Shown one piece after another: positions 48,648 to 59,753 of a stretch of 64,000 bases of DNA. The stretch is from Perkinsus olseni. Lineage: Eukaryota. The notes under the pieces are model-generated. The model was not told the DNA's origin and ran no database searches. It was given only the letters and a program-made list of their open reading frames with translations. The position numbers and the translations under genes were made by a program. Where the stretch lies: the NCBI GenBank assembly GCA_013115125.1, contig JABANN010000108.1, positions 1-64,000 of the forward strand. The letters are read 5' to 3'. The number at the start of each line of letters is the position of its first letter. Position 1 is the first letter of the stretch.

Positions 48648-50527
48648 ATGATACGAGATGGGTCGCGTTTGAGGACAGGGAAGATACTTCCTGTCCGCAC
48701 AGCGAAGATTTTTTCTCCCGGATATGAGAGGCAACAGGAAGGGTCGATGGGACAGCATGCGGTTCTACCGGCTGGGTCACATGAAGCATGGCAAGGAGAA
48801 GCAGGGATTTCGGAGGATAGGGCCGAGCTTTCGGTAGGTTGTTGTTAGCGGAGCGAAGCAGTAGGGATTTTTTTGTAGCGGACGAGAATAGTGGGTTGGG
48901 TATGGCCATGATGGCCTGAGAGAGTATCTTCGCTTTTGAATCATCCTTGAGTGAACCTTTGATGCTTCGGCAAGTGCTGATTGTATAGAATAGAGATTCC
49001 ACAATCGGAGGGTTGACAAATTTATGGAGGCGCTTAGCGGAGCGAAGCGATGAAGATTACAAGTGCCTTCGAGAGTGCGGGACTTGAGAACCCAGGATTC
49101 ATCAATCCCCGGGTGGAACGCGTCGTCTCCTTGTTGGTGTTCTTATTATCGTTGGTTGACAAGCGAAGAATCCTACGTCTGTGGACGCGCCGAAAGGTTG
49201 CATGTCTTCAAGGGTTCTTCCGCTGCTGCATACGAGACAGTCCCGAGGGTTGGGTGGATGTAGGGCAGTGAATCAGGGCCACATCCCCGGTCCAGGGAGA
49301 GGGAGGGTGATCGGAGTATGTCCCTGGAGCAGACATGCGTGCGTTTGGGCGTACGCGTGCACACGCGGGCGTCGAGGCTCAGTCGAGGCCGCTTAAGTGA
49401 AGAAGCGAGAAGACTTAGAATACTCTTCGCGTGTGTTAACTGGTGCTCTGCCTCGTTTTGGAGGTGATTTTGGAACTTTGGCTACGCTCCGCTCCACGCC
49501 AGGCACGGGAGAGTATCTTTTTGGGTTAGGTACTGGCATGAGATGAAGGATTGGTTGGATAAGCTGATTATCTATCAAAGGATTGAAGGGCCGTTGAACA
49601 GGATGAAAGAAGTTCAACAATACGCGGAGGAGATAGTATTCCATGCTAGACGGAGTAAGAATGGTACCCTTGTTGACCTATTTTGTATCATGCGTGCTCG
49701 AGTTAATGGATATCTTTTCAGATACGGCTTATTCTTCGCAGATTGTCGAGTCAATGTTGAGATCTGCCGAGGCAAGGCAAATCTTGTACGAATATTTGGT
49801 TCCGAGATACAAGTAGGCGGAGCGAAGCGTTTTTTGTTTAAAAGAACAGTTTCCAGTGAGATGTATGAATTGCCATATCGATCCCCGTGGCGTGCTTTGT
49901 CCTTCCTTAGAGTTGAACCTGCGGTCTTCGGATTAGTAGTCACAGTTTTTACGGGAAGAGTAACTGCTCCTGCTCCTCAGAGATCGGCCATACTTCGTGA
50001 CGCGGATGTTGAATCCATTTTATTTGCGATATTATGACGCACAGCAGAGAGGTAGACGGCGGGCGTTTGATCGCTGGTCTGTTCGTTTGGTGGTGGTGGT
50101 GGTGGTGGTGGTCGTCGTCCTGTGCATTGCTGGACCTCGACGCTGCGAGCTTCCATCGCGTATCTTGGGTTCTCTATAAGTCGACGTGAGCAAGGCAAAG
50201 AGCCTCCCATCCCGGATTTTGGTCTTTCTACCTATAGTTCGCTGCATCTTATTCGATGGTATCTTCATGTGCACGCGTGCAGTAAGATACCCTTGTATAG
50301 GTTATTTGGAGTTCATCGATTGGCCTGGCGAGTTCCGGGCGGCCAATCCTGTAGGAGAGGGGAGGAAGAAGCGGGTCGCCATAGAATTCGATGCCTCTAG
50401 GAAAGGTCGACGAAGACATCTAGTGGTGAGTGGTATCTTTATAATCGATCGCGTGATCGATATCTGCTCGTATACTAAGCGCCGCCTACACGCGGAGTTC
50501 TCCTCGCTACCATTGCGACAGTTGTAG
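48648..50527 (+). CDS. MRPL17: Mitochondrial ribosomal protein L17 (bL17m)-like
   Basis: 'MKHGK..FRR', 'LDKLIIYQRIEGPLNRMKEVQQYAEEIVFHAR', 'ARQILYEYLVPRY', 'LRDAD..YLEFIDWPGE' follow the bL17 pattern. Confidence 0.7.
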
Positions 50528-50906
50528 CTACTACAAAATTGAATTCAAACACGCAGGATTTTTCAATTCGAAATGAAGATTACTGAGTCTACCAGATCCT
50601 ACGTGTCCCCATCTGGAATTTGACTCTGAAATGTATCAACGTAGCAGCTCGAGTAGTGAACGCAGGCGAGGGGACCCCGGCCTACTGCTCGGTTAGCGAC
50701 GCTTGTGTATGCTTTAAAGTATGTTTATCCACGTTTCGTGAAGTGTTCGTCCTGCTTTTTCATGCACATATCTTGTCTGCGTACGGCTTAACACTATGGA
50801 AGGTATCATTCGTTACCGCTCGCCTTTGTAATTCAACTCCGGGAGGCCTGCTTAGATATTCTCGCGCGCCATTAAATTCAGGAAGCCCGTGTCCTGGGTA
50901 TCCTCA

Positions 50907-52303
50907 ATGAAGCTGACCCAAGATTCCTCACGACCGAAGCCTATGAGAAATACGTCCGCGCAACGCGGGAGGGGCAAACTGCCTTGGAGGCGACACCGTC
51001 AGAGGGAGAATGATCAGGCATGTTGATGTTGCTATTCATGATGATGATGGTTTCTGTTACGGACTTTTTTCGTTTGTACCGTGCTCAACCTCAGGATACG
51101 TTTGTGTTGCCTTTTGTCTCCCTTGGTGGTGATTGTGTCCTTCCGGCGTGACTGCTCATCTAGCTGTTCATCCCTTACTAATACACCTATTAAATGCAAA
51201 CAACAAACAACAACAGTCCCCAAATCAATCCCTCATCTCCCCCGACGGTCCAAGGTGTGGCCTACAAACCAAAGAGAGTGTAACCCTTCTGTATCTTGCA
51301 AGGGCGACTCGAAGATATCTTTCCCTTCAGACTGGGTCTTCATCTTGCTGACGACCGTCTGGCGTTCCGAGTGAGGCTGACTTTCTACCTGTCTCTTCTG
51401 CCCATCATCTTTTGTATCGCCTTCGCTATTGTGGTGTGGTTCGTATCGGTACCTGTGTATATTTGGTAAGGAATGGAGGCGAAGCGAAGCGTTTCATGTT
51501 AACCAATTTTGGTTGTAGGTACTATGCTTTGTTGGTTATTACAGTGGTGTCCCCGACCACTTTGTACTATTCCTACGCTAATAATAGTCATTCGTTCATG
51601 GGTCTCTTTGCTTTTCTTAATGGTGCCCTAGCGGTATGCCAAGTTCTATCAGTATGGCAGGTAATGGTCTAATACTTGACCTCATTCGTATCTTGCTAGG
51701 TCGACCTAAAGATATTTCTCAGGTGTTAGCCTATGTTAACAACTGTGAGACGTTCGTTGATGAGTGCAAAGTGTCAGGGCTGAGGGTAGTCCCGGCCGTC
51801 ACCGATCCGACGTAAGCACCAATTTCGTGGCGCGTGACGCTTTTGCTGGTCTTGTTTAATTTTAAAAGATACGCCTGCTCGTTCTACTCGGTGATGGACT
51901 ATTCGACGTTCCAACACTGGGCGGATAGTCAGACGACCACTTTTGTTATGTACCTGTCGTTCTTCGTGCCGGTGGTGGTGTTCCATTTGGTAATTGGGGA
52001 AGGAGTGGTATGAAATGGTCATAAATGCGACTATTTGTCAGATGCTGTTGGCCTTGTCGTTGATGTGGTATTCTAAGCTGAGAAAGGGTCTCAGAATTTC
52101 TACCACAGGACCAGCCGGCGGTGTGGCTGCCACCGTAGGATTTGGGAGAGGAGTGGTATGATAAGCACGTATAAACACGTGTGCGTTGGCAGGTTATAAC
52201 TAGCGGGTATGTCGCTAGAGGCACTGAGGCCGATGATGCGGATAAGGTCGCCGTTGGTGTTCCCGTTTCCAGTCCGAAAATCAAAGAAGAAGATAAAATA
52301 TGA
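50907..52303 (+). CDS. Multi-pass membrane protein, tandem paralog A
   Basis: Hydrophobic exons 'YYALLVITVVSPTTLYY..ALAVCQVLSVWQ|..ECKV..VPAVTDP' and tail 'VARGTEADDADKVAVGVPV'. Confidence 0.6.
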
Positions 52304-53006
52304 AGGGTTTTCCGCACAGGGAAGATGTTCTCCACTAGTTGTGACTGAATTTTTCAGTCGTCCTGATTTGTGGTATCTTTCCCTGTGGCATTCGGGGCGA
52401 TCTCCGAAGATGATTTCCGCTCCTTTGTATGCAAAGAGATGGGTTTTCGCGACTGGCCTCGGGAGAGGAGTTAGTTGACGAGGTCATATCTGAATCGATT
52501 GTCTGATCGATTTATATCTCCTGTTCTTTAGTGCAGTTAGTGGTCAATAGTGATCGATTCTGATTTTGTAATTTTCGACATTGATGGTATCGGAGAATCC
52601 TGACTGCGGTGGAAGACCGGTAGTAACCCGTCTCTGGATGACTCTTCTGTTGTGTTCATCATTATGGTATGGCAGGGCCAGGTGAGGGTAGATGGTATCT
52701 TAGGTTGAAGGAGTTTAAGATACTTAAAGCGTATCTTTCTGTAGTATAACCTCCATGCCACCCTCTGACACAGAAGATACTCCATCGCCTCCTTCAACGG
52801 TTCTCGGAGTAAGATTCCATCCTCGTATTGTGTAAGTCCCTTCATGCAGGTTAAATAATTTCGTGGCGCGCGGGAAATACTATTCTTTGCATATAGCGAC
52901 TCCTCGTCTTGTAGCAGGGTATCGCTCGCTAGGTGCTAATCATATCTTTCCCTTTGCGTTGCCTATCGGACGGCTTTCGTTAGCACAGCGGCGTGAGTTC
53001 GATTGA

Positions 53007-54753
53007 ATGGTGGGGCTCTCTAGAGGGGTATCTAAGGTTGAAGCTAGGAGTTCATGGTGTTGCGGTTTGGTCAGGTTTGGCCTTCCTATCGCCAAGCCTG
53101 AGTTGGCTCCGATAATTCGAACAATATTCCTGCTGGCCCTGGCCCCGATACTGTTAGTAGCAGTATTTGCAGCTGTCACTCTGACCTTGGGAACACCTGT
53201 ATTCTTCTGGTAATAGAAATGAGGGTTGACCTTATTTGTATCTTGCACGAGTCTAGCTAGGATATTTCAGTGGCACTGGTTTTGTGTCCCTGTATACCGT
53301 GAATGCGAAACGGTTGATCGATTTGCCAATCTTACTCTACATGCAACTCAGGTATTATGTTGTCTTTGTTACCACCATTCTAGCTCCTGCTGCCCTCTAC
53401 TACGGTGTACAGTATAATAAGAGCGGTGCCTTAGAGCTCTATGCTGTTTGTAATGTGGCATTGGCAGTACTACAAGCTGTTGGGATATGGCAGGTCATAT
53501 TCGGCTGCGAATCGGGGGAAATGTGGTATCAACCTGTTGTTGGTCCTTCTGGTTTCGATGAAATTATAATTGAACCGATTCATTGAAAGCGCATTCACCC
53601 ATGGTGACATTTATTACGTATCCGCATCGGTCGCGCTCTCGAAGGCTCCGGGAGGGGATGTCCGAATGATTTCCCTAGCGGAGCGAAGTTTTTTTAGATT
53701 GTGAGATTCCTGGACCAGAGCGAGTTGTTCCTTCAGCAGTGTGCTGTTAAGAACGGTCTCATCGTGCCGGCGGTTGCCAACCCCGAGTAACTAACGATAA
53801 TATAAATCGATCATCTGATCGATTTGCCCATTTTTCAGTTTCGACTGTCAGAGTTACCATTCGTATGAATATTGGAAGAGTAGCAACACCGTGGCCAATG
53901 CAGACCGGACCTTGGTCATCTACAGCGTTCTCATGGGGTTAGCGATCATAATACACTCGGTAATACTCCTCCCCGTGCAGACGTTCTCCCTCGCTCTTGA
54001 GGCGAGCAAGGTGGTGGTGGTGTTCTCCTGGCGATCACACATCCACGTTCTTCGGCGCCGCTCACCGGCAGGGCCGTCGTTGTGGTGGTGGAATACCGCA
54101 TTTCACCAGAATGAGCGATTCTGGAGGTGTAGAAGTACCCGAAGTTGATTCGTGTCATTCAGGCACTGATGGCCCTGTCTATATTTTTATACAAGAAGTT
54201 GGCTGGCTCCAGGACGTTGGTGCTTGCCCCGACCTTCTCAGAGGTGGTACGCGGTGGGCGTTACCTGTCCATCCAATGACTACATGAGTGTGTTACAGTA
54301 ACACTGTCATGGCTATAGTGGCTCACGGAGTTGGAGAGAATGCGATATTTGGTCTGCGAATATGATATTTAATGGTTGAGCGAACTGGGGGGAAACTTGG
54401 CATACATATTTCTGAAACACTTCTTAATGTGCCTTTGAAAGATTGGCATCTAACACGCTTATATATCTGAATTTCAACATCGAAACTGGGCGAGAAGTAG
54501 TGGAAAGCCGTTTATTGATGAGAGTCATCGGCATAAGCATTGTCATTCGGTTCAGGGTCAGATGCGCCCCGTAGACGCCGCGGTCGCGGAGGGTACTGAA
54601 GCTAGCGATTCGGCAAAGGTCACCACGGGAGTTCCGGTTAAACGATCAGAATCTTCGCTGTGCGAAGTCGATATGGAAGCAGGAGAAGTAGCGCTCCCAT
54701 CGGCATCGCGGGATGGGGCCTCTGCAAACAGTAGCATCGCAGTTGCTGTGTGA
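53007..54753 (+). CDS. Multi-pass membrane protein, tandem paralog B
   Basis: 'YYVVFVTTILAPAALYY..ALAVLQAVGIWQ|..QCAV..VPAVANP' and tail 'VAEGTEASDSAKVTTGVPV'. Confidence 0.65.
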
Positions 54754-55238
54754 GGAACGTCAAGAAGTCTTAAGATTTCAAGATTATACTTCGCGCGGTT
54801 CTGCGCTGATATTATCTTCCTTATAATCAATTGTTGTTGTTAATCGTCGTTGTTGTTGTTGTTGTTCTATAATGGCCAGTAGTGGCCGATCCGTAGTGAC
54901 CATTCCCGACACCAACCGCTGCCCCTCTGCTGGTGACCTTTCCTTCTCTACTGTAGATAAAAGTGAGTTCATTAGGAGCATAAATGTATGGCAACAAAAA
55001 AGAAGTGGTATAATTTCGGCGGAGCGAAGCTCTTGTTGTTTGTTTGTTGTTTTCTTTGCTGCTCTCTGATGGAGACTTCTTCCTTCGTTCCTACTCTCGC
55101 GAATAACGTTGTTGTGATAGAGTTGCTCGACATTTCTCTTTATGCTGTACACATGGGGTTGAGTCTATTAATTGCGTGTAGCAGGTGGAAGGCATGTTCT
55201 GTGTGGATTCCGGTAGGGTTCAGTACTTGTTCTTAACA

Positions 55239-55309
55239 GCATCATTGGTCTAGTGGTAGAATACAACGTTGCCATCGTTGTGACCCGAGTTCGATTCTCG
55301 GATGATGCA
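55239..55309 (+). tRNA. tRNA-Gly (GCC)
   Basis: Full cloverleaf: GCATCAT/ATGATGC acceptor, anticodon arm CAACG-TTGCCAT-CGTTG, T arm CCGAG-TTCGATT-CTCGG, followed by TTTT. Confidence 0.97.
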
Positions 55310-55348
55310 GCTTTTCTTCCTCACTATTTAGCATCGCCACATCAGTCG

Positions 55349-57040
55349 ATGAATACTGCCGAATACCCCCTATCGCTGTCAGGCATTCTTTCTCTCTTTC
55401 TGACACCCATGTTCGGAGGCGCTCCTGAAAAGTCGCATAACACGAAGTCCTCCTCCCAGCTTGTTGAAGTGTAGGAGGAATCCTCGCCCGTGAGAAGGAT
55501 GCTGCCGATTATTTTCTTCTTCAGCGTCGGCATCGATATGGTGGAAAGAAGCTACGCTCGCCGAGTTGGTGGCTTCATCTTCCTCACTTATCTGCCTCCA
55601 TTCATAAACCTCACCTTCATGGTCGTGGCGGTTGTATTGTCGATCCCGTTGACCAACTTGTAAGCGAAAGGGCGTCGGTTCGGACCAGGGAAGCGGTACT
55701 TTAGGTCTGATTTCCTGACGCTTGTGAGCCCCTTTCTGCCACTATTGGCCTACTACGGATTCGTCCTCGTCTCACCCAAGATGATGCTCACCTACGGAGC
55801 TCTGGTATGGATCATGATCGGCCTTCGTGCGCTGGCTTTGGCACAGGTAAAGATGAGATCGATCATCAGGGCATGCGCTACTCTCCTCCCACAGATGTTT
55901 CACTATGTATCTCTGGTCCAGCGACTCGTAGCATCCTGCACAATCGACGGCGCTGGGAAGGTGATCGATGCCGTGAGCCATCCCGTGTAGGTTGGGGAAG
56001 CCCGGCAGCGAATAATGCGGTAGATTGTACGTATAGTTGATCACTAGTGGTAGTGCAAAAATCTCTCCTTTCATTCCGATTGATAGAAAAACAGTTTGGC
56101 GTGCTTCGACGGCTCAAAATACAGGAAACGCGGGAGGAAGAGTATTCAAATGGTGGCCTATTATGATGCTGTTGACAATGGCGTGTGCTCCGCCAGTGAC
56201 TTTGGTTGTTATTGTTGTTGTTGAGGGATGGTTTTGGTCGAAGGTACGACTGTGGCAAGATATCATCCAGCGTGTGGGAGGTCGCAGCCGATCATCATGC
56301 ACACAATAGTGGAAATATTTATGCTATTTATCTCACATGCTTCTTCATGGAGGTGGCAGTCTATTTGGTAAGGGGTTGTAGGACGGCTGCCTGTCCTGGG
56401 AGAGAGAAGAATCACCCAAGTTCAAATCCCACGGATGTCATTTTCAATCGATTTACGGGCAGCAGTTGATAAGTTGCTCGAGTACACTTTCCCATCATCC
56501 CCGTGGCTAGAACTGATAGATGATATCCGCATTCCGATTCCTGTTCTTAATGGAACCGGATATCTCCGTACGCCCTCGCAAAGTTACTATGACGTGGGAC
56601 AGCCGCCTCGCTGGCTCCTTCACAGTTGTACATCAAACATGGTGTTCAAGTTCCGTAATAGAAATCCGGTTTTTTACTGCCGTTGATGAGGCGTACTTGC
56701 TATATCCCTTCGCGAGAGTCTCCTCGACATCCGCCCATCTTCTGCTGTTATTGATATCGGCAGTGGTGTGAGCATAGGGTGGCTAAGCGGTCGAGCCGTC
56801 ACAACCCGGAAGGCTTTAGTGTCCTTCTCAGGTCCTCGGTGTATTGGCCGTGAGGTTTTCCATGTTGACGAGGAGAGGCAAAGTTGTGAAGAAATCAGCG
56901 GAAGTCGATGCATCGGGGGTAGTAGTGGTGTGGGTGCAAGAACTAATGTCGTTTTACCGAAGACCGGTGCTGTTTCTACTAATGGGAACGGTTCCGGTGT
57001 ATCGGAGAAGGAGAGTTTTCCCGTTCAAGATTCCGGGTGA
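55349..57040 (+). CDS. Multi-pass membrane protein, tandem paralog C (more divergent)
   Basis: 'FLPLLAYYGFV..LRALALAQ|..SCTI..IDAVSHP', with introns placed as in A and B. Confidence 0.55.
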
Positions 57041-57887
57041 TATCAAAAAGCCCTGATTATTCTCATCACACATTGGGAAAATCGTCTCCGGCGTCGTGCG
57101 GGACCGACAGTCTTGCGGAGGGTGGGGGAGTGTTGGTTGGTTCTCAGATTCCCTATGACCGTCAGTTAGTGAGGATGGACACATGCGCAACTCAGTGCTC
57201 AGAGGCTGATCTGGTGCAGGTCGGAATACCAGTAGCTGAGATCAGACGTGGTGACAAGGTCGCAGATAGCCGCCCGGTATAGGGCAGTTTTTTAATGCGG
57301 GAGATCGTCGGATCTATCCCCGGGTACAGCGTCGTTTATTAAGACTCTATACATGAGCATTTTATTAGTCGAATTCATGAGTCAGTAACTCAACAGCTGT
57401 CGTTCAGACCAGTCGTTGTGGGCTGTGGTGTTGAGAATCATCAATTTAAGGAAAAGCAAGATTACTAAAGAGAGCAAGAGAGACGAGTAAAGATACCATT
57501 GCAGTTCAGGTGATGGAGCTTGGATTTGAACGAGGGACCTCTCGGTTGCTAGGTGGAAGCATTGTAGCAGTTGTCCGCTTTACCATTTGCGAGATTTCAC
57601 TCCTTGCCATGAGGTCTGTGCCGACACTGCGAGGGCATGCCTTCATTCAACTACGGTAGGAGGGCGGAGCGAAGCGAACATCTCCGCATTTAGTCGGAAA
57701 TATTTGCGCTCAGAAAATTCAGTCGAACGTCGAATGTGACGGCGAAGATCCAAAAGCGGCGGGAGGAGTTCGTAAAGGAAAAGTTTCCGTATTTTCGTGG
57801 CGCGGTGACGGAGGAGATGCCGAAGCGGGGCAGGAAGTAATGGATGGGGCATTTTGTGGCGCGTGAAGCTACTACGCGGCCTTCGAT

Positions 57888-59753
57888 GCTATGGCAGCGC
57901 CTGCCTCGGCGGCAGTATTTCGGTGCGCGGACACCACTTGCAAACCCAATATCGACGACTCAAACGTTGAGGGTGGTCTTTCCTCACCGGAAAGTCGCTA
58001 CTCCTGGAAGGGGGGCAGGGTGGACGGGCTAGGGCCTAGTACCAACGTCTACCCGCTTCCGCCGCTCTATCGAGATCTGCGCCACCCATCGTTAGCGTTT
58101 ATCTTGCCGTACGGGTGAACTGTGTTGATTTGGAGATACTTTGGGATCGAGGATAGTAATAGATTGACTTTATCCCTGCTTGGACACCACACAGGCTTCT
58201 GGGCTCGTGACAGCGTTGGCTGCCTCTCAGGTCGGGTGGGCATTTCCTGGATCCGTCGATGGACCCTCTGAACCTCGATGGTGATGATTCGGTGCACGAC
58301 AGCTACATGAAGAGGAGGATGGACGAGATCGACGGCGACTTTGTAGACAACTTGGTTAGGGAGGGGAAAACGGGAGGAGGTCGGAGGGGGGGGGGAATCC
58401 GAAGAGTATCTTTTATCGACCTCGACTTAGATATGTTCCAAACCTTTGAAGCGCATCTTTCGGCCATAGCAGATTTCAAGGCTACTAAGGTTGCGGTAAC
58501 AAGGGGGGATGGGAAGAGGGAGAGTCGTTGCATTCTGGATGCGACCCTTTGCGGTCGGCATTGTCCTGCTTCATTCGGCCCCTATTTTGATTGATCATCA
58601 GTGCGTCGTTAAGCCTGGGTTGTATCGGGTGCCCGGATGATTTGCCAATGATCAGGCGGCAAGCCAACGAGAATCCCATATTAAGAAGATAACGCAGGTA
58701 GAGTACAACCCCCTGCATGGGGAGAGTGGAAAGGCTCGTCTAATGGAAGCTACCGTGGTAGTACTGGGAGGGGCAATCGTGTGGTCGACCCGACCCTTCT
58801 TTTGTAGTGCTACTGAGCGGTGGTAAATTTCGTGCTGATTTTGGAGTCTATTTTGATGGTTGGTCTGAGAGAAATTGAAGATGAATTCGCGATCGTTGGT
58901 GGGGTCCATGGGGGGTTGTTTTCACTCGGGGCCTTTTCGGTCCGGGGAAGCACCGCCGCGCCTGGCTGGATGGAATCCTGAGTTTCAAGATGAAAGTTCC
59001 TCTGTACCAGTGGGGGTTCCACCCAACAGTGAGTTGATAGTTAAGCGATGATTACTCAGCCGCCGTCGTATGCTTTGGAGGACGGGAGAGGACGGCGGCT
59101 GCTGCCAGCGGAGCAACACGCGAGTCTGCAGCCTAGAGGGAAGGCGGTGAACGGACGGTTCATCTCGGGGAAGCGGTCGCGGGATAAGAAGGTGGTTCTA
59201 TGCAGCCGTGGGTGGTGGGGGATATTCTGTGGGTTTAGTCGGACCCTCGGTTTTCCACGCCCGATACGAGATCGGCCTCGGCGCCGAGAATAGACGAACA
59301 GTGGATGATGCAGCAGCAACAGGAGGACAAGGAGGATGAGAATGAGTTGAGGTAGCAGGGTTGACCGAAGTGAGCTACCCCTGAGTGAGTGTCGTCTCGG
59401 ATTGACTCTTCGATTCGGACATGGCATCTTGCACATTATGCATGTGCGTTGTGGTCGTTGTGATTTCCTCATAGTGAATGTTGAGGCTTTCACGATGGAC
59501 GTCCGAGGTCAGTGTTGCTGCTCACTATGAGTGTACTTATATGACTCTGTTGTTGGAATTGATGCTGCTTGTTAGCGATGAGGGGGAAGGAGAGGATGTC
59601 TCGTTGATTGACGAGGATGAGGATGAGTTGAGGCCATCGAGGGAGGAGGAGTTCAGCGACGAGGATAGTGATGATGACGATGGGGATAGGTTCGAGAGAC
59701 CGTATGAGGAGAAAGGGGTAGTTGTGGGGGAGCACGGCTTGGTGGGTGGCTAG
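57888..59753 (+). CDS. Hypothetical protein with acidic C-terminus (multi-exon)
   Basis: Open exons from 'MAAPASAAVFRC' to 'DEDSDDDDGDRFERPYEEKG..GG*'. Could be two genes. Confidence 0.4.

Noticed and set aside
54871-55236. Short ORFs upstream of tRNA-Gly, a possible fourth membrane paralog
   Set aside because: They lack the motifs shared by paralogs A-C, and no coherent model could be built.
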